A DNA stretch of 62,054 nt, filler included, from Trypethelium eluteriae (lineage: Eukaryota), in NCBI GenBank assembly GCA_051942245.1. It is 2 parts of 2 records of this genome, joined end to end, with 100 filler letters (N's around TTAATTAATTAA, not from the genome) between each part and the next. Parts side by side here need not be neighbours in the genome. Positions count along the whole stretch, not along the records: positions 31,091 to 62,054 come from JAVECL010000281.1; 1 more part is not named here. One strand, written 5' to 3'. Each line of letters starts with the position of its first letter. Within the stretch, counting starts at the first letter, position 1. The position numbers were made by a program, and so were the translations under genes. The notes beneath the pieces are model-generated. The model saw nothing but the letters and a program-made list of their open reading frames with translations, did no database searches and was not told the DNA's origin. Below are positions 43,371 through 56,626 of this stretch, piece by piece.

Positions 43371-45303
43371 CTATGCCATGGGAGACCACTCCTCACGAAT
43401 GGCTGCCCATACCTCCGGGTCGACTAAACGGTGTGCTTTATCGATGCACCAAAGAAAGCCATCACCGAAGTGAGGTAAGCAACCCAAGCATGCTTTGAAA
43501 GGCCCCGAAATGCATGAAAAAAACCGCTGGCAGCATGACAGCGTATCTGGCCCTTCGTCGCCGGTATTGCCCTGACTAGCACCACCTCCTTCTTGATTGC
43601 TTCCCCCTCCCGCACCGCCAAATGGATGTGCCAGCCTCTGCGCCCACCCAAGCCTGGAGTTTCGAGCTGACCGTCCTGCCGCAGTCGCTTGTGTACTGCC
43701 CTGGCCGACGACAGCGTAGGGCCGACCCGGAACCTGGACTCCCCGTATCGTTTCGCTGGATGACCTTTTGCGGCCTTGATTAGGCATCTCACCATCTCGA
43801 CGCTGGCTAGGAGGGGCTCCAGCGCTCGGGCTCGGAGCTCGAGTCGTTTGTTCTCTCGTAATCTCTTGCGCCACCCTCGGACTCTGCATTGCAGACGTAT
43901 TCCGGACGACAGTTGCTGATTCGCTGGGGCCTGAACTTGGACGCTCGGCAGAGTTGACGTCGGCTGTTCGTGGTAAGGCGGATGATCGATCTGGAGCTGT
44001 TGAGGTAGCTTGGGCTGCGGATTGAGAGGGAGAGTCTTCACATGCTGTTGCGTTCGACGATTCCTTTGCCGTCTGCTCTATCCATCGACGGATTGATATG
44101 TCGTGCAAACTCTCTGGGGGCTCAGAATTTTGCAGAGGCGTCTCTGCACTTCGTGCTTGAGGTTCAAGACTGGAACTGTCGACGTGAGTCTGAACATCTC
44201 CCGACTGCGTCTCTACAGGAGGCGTCGGTGATCCAAAAATGGACTTAGCAGTGCCATTCGAGGCGATTCTCTCCTGAGATTCTGTGGTTTGGCAGGCTAC
44301 GATCGCCTCGCTGGAATCATCACTCATTTGTACGCTGAGCTTCACAGTCGGGTGGTCGAATTCCTTTTTTGTAGCTTTGCTGCTTGTGCGCTCTACTTGT
44401 ACCGTCTCCGGAACCCAATCGGATGAGCGTTCGTGGTAGCGTTGACCCTCGTTGGAAGGGCTTTCGAGACTTTTACGAGCGGAGAGATCCTCAAGCGCGG
44501 GACGGTCGAGATCGTCTTGAGCCTCCGGTAATGGCTGTCTGGGATCGTCTTGACCCTCGTTTGACATGCGTTCGGGCTTGTCTCTACCTGGAAGCATCGT
44601 CTCTTTCTCCAAGTAACTCGATTGGTCATGGGGATCTTGTAGCATATATGAGTATTGCCCCTCGTCCGCATATAGACTAGAGCTGTCGGCTTCTTGTTGA
44701 GACACAGAAGTTGCCCTAGCATTGACTTGTGCTGGATTGGCTGGTTTTGTTGTTTGGCTATATCTGGCCCTTGGTAAAATCTAGTGTCGGTCAGCCATAT
44801 TGATTTCTTACCATTCTATCTCCTGGAAAGAACCCTGACCAAAGTATCATCTCGACGAATTGTGTCAGCGGGTTTGTCGTCCCGTGGCAAGGGTGCCTGC
44901 AGTGTCGTCACTGGGTGCGGAGATCTTTCCGAGAGAGCTAGAAATGTTGATACTGCTTGCCTCATGAGCGCAGCATCATTCGCATCGTCGCACATGAGAG
45001 ACTCTCTTGTAGGGCCCGCTTGTGCGAGCTCCTGCAGAAGCTGTGAATTTTCCGCGGCATGCGGCAACAGAGGCACATTGTCAGATCTTGGACGTGGGTA
45101 ACCTTCATATCCAGGAGGCGTCTCAACGATGGATGAGGAAGCTTCTTGTTGATCTTGTTCGGGGCCTGTCTCAGAGTCGGTCGTGACACTTCTTTCCAAA
45201 TCCTTTGGCTCTACAGGTGAAATCACATCCTCGGGTTGGTCAGCAGCTGCATAATGGGTTCCGTCGAAGTCAGAGAAGCTTGGCATTGGACTGAGCATTG
45301 CCA
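43371..45303 (-). CDS. Hypothetical low-complexity (S/P/Q/E-rich) protein, 2 exons
   Basis: From MAMLSPM (45303), an intron at 44781-44839 (GTCAGG..GCTGAC..TAG) joins in frame (DDTL/ILPRARYSQ...VSQQEAD) to ORF 43371..44705. Cys-rich C-terminal segment CCQRFFSCISGPFKACLGC. Confidence 0.55.
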
Positions 45304-45579
45304 TGGTGATGGATAGCTCAAAAGCGAATGGTGGACTCCGGGTCCAGAATTGATGAGAGGAAATCTTATTCGAGAGTAAAGGCAGATTCGAACGATGGTT
45401 GCGGTCGGGGGTTTTCAGTAGCGATAGATAGTATATGGAGTCGTTGTATCTGCAGAATAGCGATAGCTGCCAAAGTGGACAGTCCCTGAAGATGGGGAGA
45501 AAAATAGTAAAGACGAAATAACGAGGCAAAATAGAACTCGAACACCTTTTCGGACGTACTTGCCACATCGCAGCATCTC

Positions 45580-46065
45580 TTACGAATGTTTTTGTCGGTC
45601 GAAGTTGAGGTTTTTCCTAACAGCAGGTACGGGTGGACGCATGTCCTTGGTAATTCCCACGTTCGAATGAAATGTTGTAGCCTCATTAGAAGTGACCCTC
45701 AAGAACGACTGGTATTTCTCTGCCATTTGGTCCGCTCTTTGCTTGCCCTGCCTCAGACTCTCGGAAGCATTTGGGTGTTTTAGACCTTCCCCCGAGATCT
45801 TTCGTTCGGCTAGGACTATGACAGGTGCGTTGCCATTCAAGCTCGTGCTATAGCTCTCCTCATCAATTAAGCTCTGCGTTGGCGAGCCTTCCCGATTGTC
45901 TTCTTGACTGTGCTCAGTTCCACTGGTTGCAAACTCCGCATCAGCGTCCGAGTTAAGCAGTGGTCGTTGATAAGCAATGTCCACCCAGCACTCGCCGCCT
46001 TCCTGTTGGCATTCATTGCATCTTACGTGCATGCACTCGAAACAAGTTTTCTGTTGCTGTCTCAT
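45580..46065 (-). CDS. Small hypothetical protein with a CxxCxHxxCxxC zinc-binding-like motif
   Basis: KTCFECMHVRCNEC at the N-terminus, otherwise acidic and disordered. It could be an upstream exon of the neighbouring gene. Confidence 0.35.
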   Translation of the reverse strand: MRQQQKTCFECMHVRCNECQQEGGECWVDIAYQRPLLNSDADAEFATSGTEHSQEDNREGSPTQSLIDEESYSTSLNGNAPVIVLAERKISGEGLKHPNASESLRQGKQRADQMAEKYQSFLRVTSNEATTFHSNVGITKDMRPPVPAVRKNLNFDRQKHS

Positions 46066-46752
46066 GCGAGGACTCTCCTCATCGCAAATGTGCTTTCCTC
46101 AAAGGGTCCATTAGCTAAGTCCTCAGATCACTTTCTCTGGATCCGCAAGACTTTACTTACACATTTCCAGAAGAATGCCTCGCAAAGAATCTTAACAAGG
46201 TTATTCTTTACACCTTCTTTTGGCGACATCTGAGAGTGATTGAGAAATGGGTTTAAATTCACGGACAGCTTGTCAGAGAACATTGGGGGAAAGGAAGTGA
46301 GCATATTAAAATTAGAGGCTTTAAAGCGAATCTGTCCCACTGAGAGATGGAGACTGCCTTGGAAACACAATGAAAGCATTCAGAACCAGTGCTGCTTCAG
46401 CAAGGCAAAGTCAAACAGGTATGACATTTCAGACAAAGCGAAAATTCACAGAAGCAAACCTGATTCCCAATCGAGTGAGCAATAGATCTAGTTCTTTAAT
46501 GTCCCAGATATCATTAGAGATTGATGCCCGACAGAGGATGAAGCTACAAATACCAATACCAAAGTCTTGCGCGGACATATCTATCCCAACCAGTTGCGCG
46601 AGCCCTGCAAATTTAACTTCGTCAGTGAAACGCGGAGTTGCGCGGCGATTGACCGCCCACAAAATGTAGACTGCAGAACATACATCGGGAACGCTTCCGT
46701 ATCTATCCTAAACGCCTCGTGCAGTATCTCGTTTATGCACGGGGAATTCCGA

Positions 46753-48354
46753 TCACCTCATATCCGCCATCATGGTTCCCGGGTCTTCCAGATACGCCCT
46801 CACCTTTTCGGCGCACCGTGCTGCCATGGCGCCATCTACAACCCGATGGTCCGCACTCCAACTGAAAACTGCTTCTTCTTTTCTGACTACATTACCATTT
46901 CCATCGAATGCCGGTACGACTCTCGCCCTTCCAATACCTAGGATTGCGACCTGGGGTGCGACGATGACGGGGGCAACAACACCACCTCCGATACTGCCAA
47001 CATTGCTCACTGAAAACGTTGCGCCCTTGAGGTCACCTGGTGACAGTCTCTCCGCACGGGCAAGGGCAGATATTCGTGAGATCTCGGCAGCAAGACCTTG
47101 TATGGTATGATTCTGAAGACCTCGTATTATTGGGACCATTAGGCCTGATGGAGTATCGACGGCGATACCGAAGTCGTGAGAAGCTCGATATGTGATTTGC
47201 GGCTTCGCAGGGTCTGATGTGTCGAGACTACTGTTGAGAAGTGGATATTCCTGAAAGGCGAGCGAGACGGCCTTGAGGATGAATGGCAAGGGCGTGATCT
47301 TTGCCTTGACAGCTTCTGACGGAGAATGAGTGCTTCGACTGTTCAAGATCTGGCGGATGTTGTTCAAGGCGGACATGTCCACCGCGGTGGTGTACAGGAA
47401 ATGCGGAATGGAGAGGGACCGGGTCATCGATTTGAACATGCCACTCTGTATTTGTGAGAGAGACACCGTGCGGTCCTCGCCGACAGGGCCGGGTTTTGGT
47501 TGAAGTAAAGCGCTAGAGGACGAAGCTGACGGAGTCTGGTTTCTTGAGGCCGCATACTTCTGGACATCCTCTTTTAGGACTCTGCCATCCTTACCTGTGC
47601 CTTGAATATTTACGATATCCACATCCAGCTCCTTTGAGAGATGCCGCACTGCAGGTGTAGAAAGGGTGGCATGCTTGCTCCGAGGCGCATGTTGGCTGTT
47701 GACATCGGAGCGTTCTCCTACGCCAGCGCTACCTTGTTTCTTCATTTCTGAACCGTTTCGTAGAGGTAGGTCAGAGCCCGATGCCGAGCTCTGTTCAGAG
47801 CCTTCCGGCGGCGCCGTTACAGCCTCATCTTCCGGTTTAATCTCGCTCTGTATATCTATGTCGACGAGTGGCTGTGCTTGCGACTCAGCGAATGCAAATC
47901 ATTAATGGGGCTCATGCTTACTTTGCCAACAAAAGCCGTGTCATCAGCTTCATAGTGTAGTTTTTTGATGACACCATCAAATCGTGAGGTAATCTGCGGA
48001 GAGTCATTTCCTTGGTTCCATTCATCGAATGAGTATCATCGAACCTCAACAGAAGCTTTGTCTGATTGCACTTCACATAATGGATCGAATTGCTCCACGC
48101 GTGCACCCGGTTTAACGAACCATTGTATTATTTGTACTTCTCGAATACCTAGAGGACACCAGTCAACTCCCACCTTTGAAGCTTAGTCTCGAAGAGCATG
48201 TACCTTCGCCGATGTCTGCTAAGAGGAATGGTCGAACGACGTAACGTTGTGGAGTGGCGTGGAAGCTTCGTAAAGGACTTTGGTGTCGAAATAAAAGGGG
48301 CTTGTAGGCGACATCGAAGCTCTTGACGGCTCTGGAGACCGCAAAACTCCTCAT
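46753..48354 (-). CDS. Branched-chain alpha-keto acid dehydrogenase E2 (dihydrolipoamide branched-chain transacylase)
   Basis: Mitochondrial-type leader, lipoyl domain across introns ([20 protein letters not shown]...[17 protein letters not shown]), E3-binding [21 protein letters not shown] and catalytic [11 protein letters not shown]. Confidence 0.93.
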
Positions 48355-48962
48355 ACTGTCTCGAACGAAGTAGCGGGAACTCGAGGACTGAGCTCATCTT
48401 TAAACACGGTCTGCGCCTCAGTCTGCCGATGATAGCCGGGGGGAGGTTTTGGCGCAATTGTCACACTCGTGACATAGTATCGGGAATCGGTGTGTGCGGT
48501 ATGCGCAATCAGGCTCGGAGGCGCTCAGATTCTTTATAATTGGATTTGACCAAAGATATATTGAATAACTTAGCAGACAAGAGAGTGCTCGGTGTTGAGA
48601 ATGAGATGCCAAAAGGATCGAGTCGGGACGCCCCTCAATCAGTTTTTGCGCCACAGTGCAGCCACAGGACCCTTGGTTGGTTGCCATGACGAACCCCACC
48701 AAACATCGACTGCCATTCAGGAACAGGAAATTTATCTTATCGTCATCGTTCCATTAATCCTCCAACAGACAGTCGACGATATCCTACATTGCTATGATTG
48801 ACGACGCTTCATGACAAAGGCAAACTCACATATATTAGAAATTACAGATTTTTCCTCCCACCCTCTACGACTCGAACGGTCGCACAAATTTCTGGTGCAC
48901 TTCAAGCATTCCTCATAGCCGAGACGATTCCCTTACCAACGCAATATTCTCCACGCTAGATA

Positions 48963-49670
48963 ATGCATTATGCAATGGCATTGTCTCTCCTCGCACTCGC
49001 CGTCCCCGCAATCGTAACCGCAAATGCTTCTGAGAAGGCCCCACTCCTGCCAACAATGACTGTCCCTTTCCTACCAGCATGGCAGCAATGGGACGAATTG
49101 GCGGCCATGGCGACACCAATTTGTCAGAAGATCCCAAGAGTAAAGGAGGATCAATTACCGTTGGATGATGCGGGAGAAGATTGCCACGACCAAATGCCCC
49201 TTCAGCGACGTCAGAACAACAACGAATGCCCAACCTCATACTCCAATTGCTACGGACAAGGCGCGCCTGGACTCTGCTGTCAACCGAGCGCCGTTTGCTC
49301 CGCAGACATGGCCGGACATGTCGCCTGCTGTCCCGTGGGTGCAGCTTGCACCGGCACGATCGTTGCGGTCAACACAGCTTCGCAGACGTCAACGTCCACT
49401 TTTGGTGTGAATCCCTCCACGACAACGACAACGAACGGCTTTTCCTCGTTGTCGGCCACATCGACGTCTAGTCCAGCCGCGACTACCTCTGGCGGTTTCA
49501 TCATTACGGCGTCTGACGCCAGTTTGACTTATCCGAAGGTAAGTGTTGTCCCTCCCCAAGGCACCCGAAAAGCTTTGCTGACAGCATATTAGTTCCCAGG
49601 TTTTCACCTCCTTCGTATCGTATCATCTACTACAAGTGCTATCTGGGCGGCGATGTTAGGGACGGAGTGA
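48963..49670 (+). CDS. Secreted Cys-rich, S/T-rich surface protein
   Basis: Signal peptide, Kex2-like QRR, the Cys cluster CPTSYSNCYGQGAPGLCCQPSAVCSADMAGHVACCPVGAACTG and an S/T stalk. Intron from 49539 (GTAAGT..GCTGAC..TAG 49592). The last exon is uncertain. Confidence 0.7.
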
Positions 49671-50707
49671 ATTGCATTGGCACGAAAACTCGCTGGTCTG
49701 AAAGCAAGGGACGGTGGGATTAATAATATATCTCTCAAAAGGCAAAGCATTATTCTTGACCGGGGCGTTAAGAGGATCGCAGCACATGAAATGGATTCGC
49801 GATTTCGAAGTTTGGAGACTTGAGGGTCTGCTACTGATGACGGAGGGTTGCTGCTCGCTGATCCCATATATCTGATCGGCATCCGAAGTGGGGAAGAATG
49901 ATGGGACGGAAGAGCTGAGAAGTCATACATCTTGCAGAGGGTACATATTCCTGCATTTGACTGGAAATTCGCTGGGAAAGTTATGCATGTAATGGCGTTC
50001 TGCTTAGCGTTAAGGCACGCAAGAATTCCGGCGAGAAATCATCATGAAGCTAGACGCGGCATCTGCAGCTTATTTTTCTTCCTTCGCCCTTGAAGCGGCA
50101 CCCTTTGAAAGTCCACCCATCAGAATTCGCAAACTACAAAGCTGACCCGTAGTTCACTTTTCCGTGCAAGCAGATCTGTGTTAAAAACTCCGTAGCCGAG
50201 GCAGCCCTTGCTCGCCCACGCGATGGCTAGGTCGTTGACCCCTGGCCTCGCTCATTGGTGGATTCCAATTTCTCCACAACGCTTCTCCAGACTACAACAC
50301 TTCGGAGTCGCAAATCATCGCCTCGAACTGTAGATTTGGCATTGAGAAACGACGGGCACATGGGGCCCCGCATAGAGATCTGCCCGTCTCCATCTAATTC
50401 GCGTGCTGTTTCTTGGTGCCGCGGTCCTGGATCCAGTCCCGCCCTTGCACCCTCACCGGACATGGACATGGATGCTTTCTCTGCCGCTCTAGAACGGTGG
50501 GTCATTAAGTATATATCCATGTCCTTGCACGTATCTTCTGTCTCAATCTGTGAGTGCTCATAAAATTCGGCCGTTGCTCTCCTTATTCTCCTTTACGTTC
50601 GTTCTCATTGAAAGATTGCATCAAGAAGAATCGTCTATCTTATCGCTGAAGACCAACTCCGAAGCTTTATCAGTCTTCTTGCAAGGGAGTGACTTGCAGA
50701 ATTCGCC

Positions 50708-52537
50708 ATGGAGTCAATGGGGCGAAAGAGAGCGTATAACTGGTAACTTCTAAGAACTCCTTTCCTCTTATCATTTACTTAGTCTCCATGCTAGGTACAT
50801 CTCACTGGTAGCGGCTTCATGTATGGTCTTATATGGCTATGACGCCAGTGTGTACAATGCGTTACAGAACTCAGATCACTGGAAGGCTTACTTCAACCAT
50901 CTTGTATGCTTATACCTTGTCCGCTAGATTTGTTGATCTCCGTGATCTCAGCTTATACAATCTGCAGGACACTGAGATGGTTGGAGCCGTCAACACTGCG
51001 TATACTGTAGGCGCAATTGTTTCCGGTACGTGAGAGCTCTTGAGCCATGATGTGAAGCCAAAGTTCTTCGATTACTAACGTCTACTAGGTTTCTTCTTCG
51101 GAGGTCCAGTTGCAGATTACTTTGGTCGCCGCGTCGGTATGGCGGCTGGTTGCATCTTTGTTATTATGGCTACCTTCATGCAGGCTTTCGCGCCGCAGGG
51201 TAACATTGGCTGCTTCATTGCCGGACGTGTGTTTATTGGTATTGGACAAGGTCTTGCTTTGAGTATGCTCGCCTTTGCCCTCTCCTCAACAGTCAGTCAT
51301 TAACCAAAAGTCCAGCCGCCGGCCCTATCTACATCGGCGAGCTTGCCCCGCCCCATATTCGGGGAAAGATCATGACCTTCTGGCAAATGTTTTATAGTGT
51401 CGGCTCATTCATTGCCTACTGGGTCAGCTACGCCTGTGGCCAGCACCTCGATTCTCTTGGTGAATGGGACTGGAAGATGGTTGTCATTTTCCAACTGCTT
51501 ATGCCCATCCTCATCCTTGCCCAGGTCTTTTTCATCCCTGAGACGCCTAGATGGTACATCAAACATGGAGCCAAGTTCGATAAAGCACGAAATTCTCTCA
51601 GGAGGGTCAGAGAGACGGAGCAAGATGTTGAAGACGAACTCCTCGCCATCCGCGAAGCTGTTGAGTTCGAGAATGAAGCTATTTCTGGATCCTATGCTGC
51701 CTTGTGGAAAGATAGGTCCGTGCGAAAACGAATGTATTTGGCCCTTATCATCAATGCTGGACAACAGATCACTGGACAAGGCACCCTAAATACGTATTCT
51801 TCCATTGTCTACAAGAAAATCTTTACTAGTTCGTCACAAATCAATCTGATCAACGCCCTCAACGCAACATTTGGCATTGTAAGCACCTTGCCATTTCTCC
51901 AAACATACTAATTCTCCAATACTGACACAACCAGCTGTTTACACTCTCTTGCGCTCCCATCGTCGACCGCTTCGGCCGCAAACCGCTCTTAATTGTGGGC
52001 GCCATTGGCATGGCCATCTGTATGGTTATCGTCGCCGCCGTCGAGACCGAGACGCCCACGCTACCAAACAAAGCCAAGTCTGAGCCCGTTGGCATTTCGA
52101 TTGTCTTCCTGCTCTTCCTCTTCGCCTTCTTCTACAAGCCGTCCTGGGGCGCGACCGTCTGGATCTGGACCTCTGAAGTTTTCTCCATGAACGTGCGCGC
52201 CCAGGCCGTCGGCATGGCCAGCCAGACCCAGAACGTCGCCAACGCCATCGTCCAGCAGTTCTTCCCGACCTTCCTGAATAACTGTGGCTTCTACGCTTTC
52301 TACATGTTCGCGGGCATCAATGTGCTGCTGGCTCTCTTTGTTTGGTGGTTCATTCCGGAAACTAAGAAGGTGGCGCTGGAGGAGATTGACGTGCTCTTCG
52401 GTGGTAGCAATCATGTCGAAAAAGGTGGTGATCTGTTGGGTGTTGAGGATGCCCACCACACGACTGTTGGGGCTGACCGTGCGGGATCTATCGATAATAA
52501 AGCTGCCGCAGATCATGTGCAGGAGGTCAAGGTCTAG
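50708..52537 (+). CDS. MFS sugar porter family transporter (multi-exon)
   Basis: LYGYDAS, ADYFGRR, YIGELAPPHIRG, PETPRWY, QQITG, VDRFGRKP and PETK motifs spread over several GT..AG-bounded exons. Substrate not assignable. Confidence 0.93.
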
Positions 52538-52954
52538 TGTATTTTCAGTCGAGACTTATAGACTTGATTTTTTAGTTATGATCAGTGCCATTTGGTGCAG
52601 TGTCACGTCTGAATCGGTCGGTGTCCTCATGCACCCAACAGAATCGAAAAATGCTATGCCATAAGTGATGACTATCATTGCGGTTCCGTTCGACAATGTT
52701 CATGATGGCATAGACTCCTTCTACCTGTACAATATGCGTACCAATTTGTCGAGAAACCAATGATGACATGCGAAACACATGAGTGAAAGGGTATGCTTGA
52801 CTCCCAATATCCTGATGCAATATGCTGCTCCCCATTTCATGCTGGGATTATGCATTTTATATACCGTACTGTTGGTCCAAATATGTTCATCGAAAGGAAG
52901 TTCGCCAGGGGGTATTCACCAGATTCCCCACGCCCTTGATCATTATGTTCGTAT

Positions 52955-55900
52955 TCACAAATGTTTCTTGTTTTGTTTTCCCCTTCGACTCACGGATCCA
53001 ATATACCCCGCCCCAGCCGTATCGATGTCACTCGCCAGCTCCTCAAATCTTTCATGTCCGAGCGCCACGATTTTGATGCCGTTGCCAAAGCCGACTGCTA
53101 CCGAGCGTGCCCCAAGTTTGCAGATAGGCCCGGCACTTGAAACAAAGAGCGGATCTGCCTCATCGAGCGCTGCGGACGATGGATGCAAAGGGGTGGTATA
53201 GAAATCACCCGAAGTGGATAGAGTATAAGCCTCCCAGTCATCGTCATCATGCCGCCTAGCCCCGATGGCATTCTCCATGATTCGTCTACGAGACCGTAAG
53301 GTGTGCAGGAAATTTGTGGTACCATTTTTGTATCCCAGCTCTTTGCTATCTTCAGAGGCAGCCTGAGTTGTTTGAGAGCGCTTGCGAATACCGATGATGG
53401 CTTGAGCAGCGCAGGATTCCCATACGCCTGCACTATCAACCCAATGGAGTGCTTCTGTCGCATGTGCAAAGCCTTCACAGTGTGAGTCGTCGTGCTGGGG
53501 ACTGCTTTGTAGACAGATTGATGCATTCTGTCCTTCTCCAGCAGTGAACGTATGCATGTAACAGTTTCCTGTTTCCGTCTCGGTATAGGCGACTGAGAAG
53601 GAGTGTATGGCCAGCCCCCCACAATTCAAACACCTCCGTCGTGGTGAGTGCAATACTCGGAGCGATCCCGGTTTCACTTGACCGATTTGAAAAGCATGTA
53701 CAACGGTCAAGGACTCCAGGATCACCAAAGATACCTCACAGGGCTTTTGTGCAACCAGCATATTGAGAGCCGGGGCAGACACAATGTTCCTGACCCGGCT
53801 CTGCTTTGGATTGGGCGATAGGCCTGATTCGAACGGGGCTATTACTCTCGAAGTCCAGTCCGCTCCTGGTCTGCACGCCAGATGAATACATCCACTTCGT
53901 GAAACAGCAACCAAACGAAGTGGCATTTTTTGAGAACTGTCAAAGACAGCGACGCTTGCAATAGGACTGCTGCAAAGGCGAACCGTGTGATGATTGTGGA
54001 GCTGAAAATCCAGCTCGGTCAAGTAACCATCTATAGTGACGATGAGTAACCGCAAGCTGGATGGGGTCTCAGCGTAAAGCAGCTTGAAGGAGAAATGACA
54101 TAGTTGGTCTTGGGTGTCCAGTTGGGTAAAGCCAATAAACCGATGTTGCGCAATGCTCCAAACGGCAGTGATGCCATTAAGACAGTACACTGCAAACAAG
54201 GTTCCCGTGTCGTCAACTGCTGAAGTAATTATCGGCCACAAAAGAGGGCTCTTTTCCGGGGTTGGAAGGATGTAATGTGAGAATGTAAAACTTTGGCCGT
54301 CAAAGCTCCATATACAGGTGGACCTGTCCAATCCCACAGACGCCATTTGGCCCCTCCCGCAGGCGGTAAGTTTGATGATATCCAGTCCATGCGATTTTGG
54401 CAGATCCTTGATCGTAAGGAATGAATCCTCTGTGTCCTCTAGATCTTCAACATCTGGCAGGTCATTATACAGTAAATAGCGCAGTAGTATAACAACGAAA
54501 GCGACGCTGGAGATGAGAACGAAAAGAAAGGCAAAGAGATGGTCATCGATCAAATTTTCAGTCTTCTGTAGCCAGTTTTGCCTCTGAGCTGCTGCTCCTG
54601 TTCGATCGGCTCCAGCTAGAACGATCATGAGTGGATCATAAACCCGTGCGAGAAAGCTGTGGGAGTCTGGCTTGACCACAGAGATTACTTCCTTGGCAGT
54701 ATGATATTCTTGCATCCGGAGCCAAGCTGCCGGGGTTCTCGTCTGGCCAAAAGAATGAGGTACTGACATGTGGCTGTGCCCAGTGGTCGCGCTTCTTTCC
54801 TGCGGGACAAGACCCGCCACTTGCTGGAGTGTACGTTTCTGGCTCTCCCAGTCAAAGAAATGCCAATTGAGAATGGAAACGCACCCAACAATGGCAGCGG
54901 ACCCGACTATCCTGGTGCTTGCAGGCAATGGACGTGATGACAAGAAATACTTCCAGACTTGCCAATTAGATACTGGAGAAGATCTTGTCCGTGGCTGGGT
55001 TCTGTTTGCGCGATCCAGTGAATCCTTGAGTTCCATTCGTTTGACATCAACGCTCAACACGGCAAGGAAGAATGTCAAATGGAAGGAAAAGTCAATGACC
55101 AAGGCAACGGCCGCAAATGCGCAAAAAGAGGCCACGTCAGGTGAGAAAACCAGGGAAAGGACTCGTAGCAAAATGAGGTTCATAGTGACTGCAGCTAAGG
55201 ACAAATGGCCAACATCCCCCAATGCATTGGCAACTCGAGAAACTATCCGCATTTCAAGAGGATAGCTGAGAACGGCGTTCATCAATCGGAAACTAATCAA
55301 TTCGATGTTAGTTCAGGAGCAATGAAAGATGCTGAAGAAGGTAGCTGGTTTGGTAATGACAAGAATAGGGTTGCTTACGTATTTTCAAGTCCAATGGCAA
55401 GCACCACGAAGGGGTATACTGCCCGGGGTATCTGCGCTAGGTTAAAGCCTAAAATTGCACAAATAGTGAAACTTGCACAAATGGATGCAGCAGTCTGAAT
55501 GCCGTCAGCAGGATCACGAAGATCCACCAGTAGAGACTTACTTGTACAACGACGGTGATGACTAGACCGAAAGTGCTTTTTACAGCCCGGATTCTACGCA
55601 AGCTTACCAAGACGTAAATGGCCATCATGCTATAAGCAACCCCAAGTGCAAAGTCATCATTGAAAGTCATAGGCTGAAACCTGAATTCATACAGTTTGCT
55701 GTGGGTTATTATTCCGGTAGCTGGGAACAGGGACCATAGATCTGGCATATAATCGGCAAGTTCTTTCATCCGTTGATCCCACAGTTCGCCGATTCCCAGG
55801 TTTGGCACGTTGAAAAAAGTCAGGACGAGAGCATCAGCGGCGGTCAGGTCATTCTTTTCAAAGGTCTTGCCAGCAAAGACAGAGGTGGGACGCATGGTGA

Positions 55901-56626
55901 GGTTCATGAAAGTCCGTCGGTGTGCCTGGCTGTTGATGGTGGAAAGAGAATCCCTATCACTATGTATGAGAGACATTGTGCAGTTCCAGTACATCAATGG
56001 TGAATGGTATCCCCATGTCAATGCGCCGGCTTTGGCATCAGAAGGTACAAGTGATGCGTTGAGCTCCCCGTAATTTAGTTCCGGCCTACCAAATTCATCA
56101 TGCTCCAGGCCATCCGCGTCGCGCTGGGAACCCAGTCCTAAAACAAAATTCTGTATCCTTAAAGCCTTGGCCATTACTTGAGGGTCCAGTGCCTTCATGT
56201 AGCTTCCGTAAATCCACATCTGTCGCATCTCAATGTCCGGCGGGGTTGTTGGACTTCCGGTGTGGAGCCTGGCAGATGTCCAGACATGGTGGGGCAGGTT
56301 GGAGGAACCCGTCGCGGGATTGTCATAATAGAGGAAGAGCGCCGGGTAACAAAGGACGACACCGATGGCGACAGGTATGAGGAGCGCGAGGAGCCAACGG
56401 CGCGCGGCTGCCGTGCCATAGTTGAAAAAGGCCTTCCCTGTTGACGATTAGGTTCAGAGTGGATCTTGGAAATGCGAGAGGGGATTGCAGGCATACTTAT
56501 AGGATGGTCATGAGAAAGGACAGGCGGTTTGGTGGTGCTGCAGCAGGCATTAATCAGACCATCCATCCATGATCGCCAGCCAGGGCGCACTCACCCACGC
56601 AGAGGGTACAGCAGGTACCAAAACAT
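52955..56626 (-). CDS. SCP1: SREBP cleavage-activating protein (SCAP/Scp1) homolog, multi-exon
   Basis: First exons MFWYLLYPLRG/TTKPPVLSHDHPI. Sterol-sensing domain AYSMMAIYVLVSLRRIRAVKSTFGL...PFVVLAIGLEN..FRLMNAV...FCAFAAVALVIDFSFHLTFFLAVLSVD. WD40-like C-terminus (HGLDIIKL, SVGLDR, VAVGFGNGIK). Confidence 0.88.
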
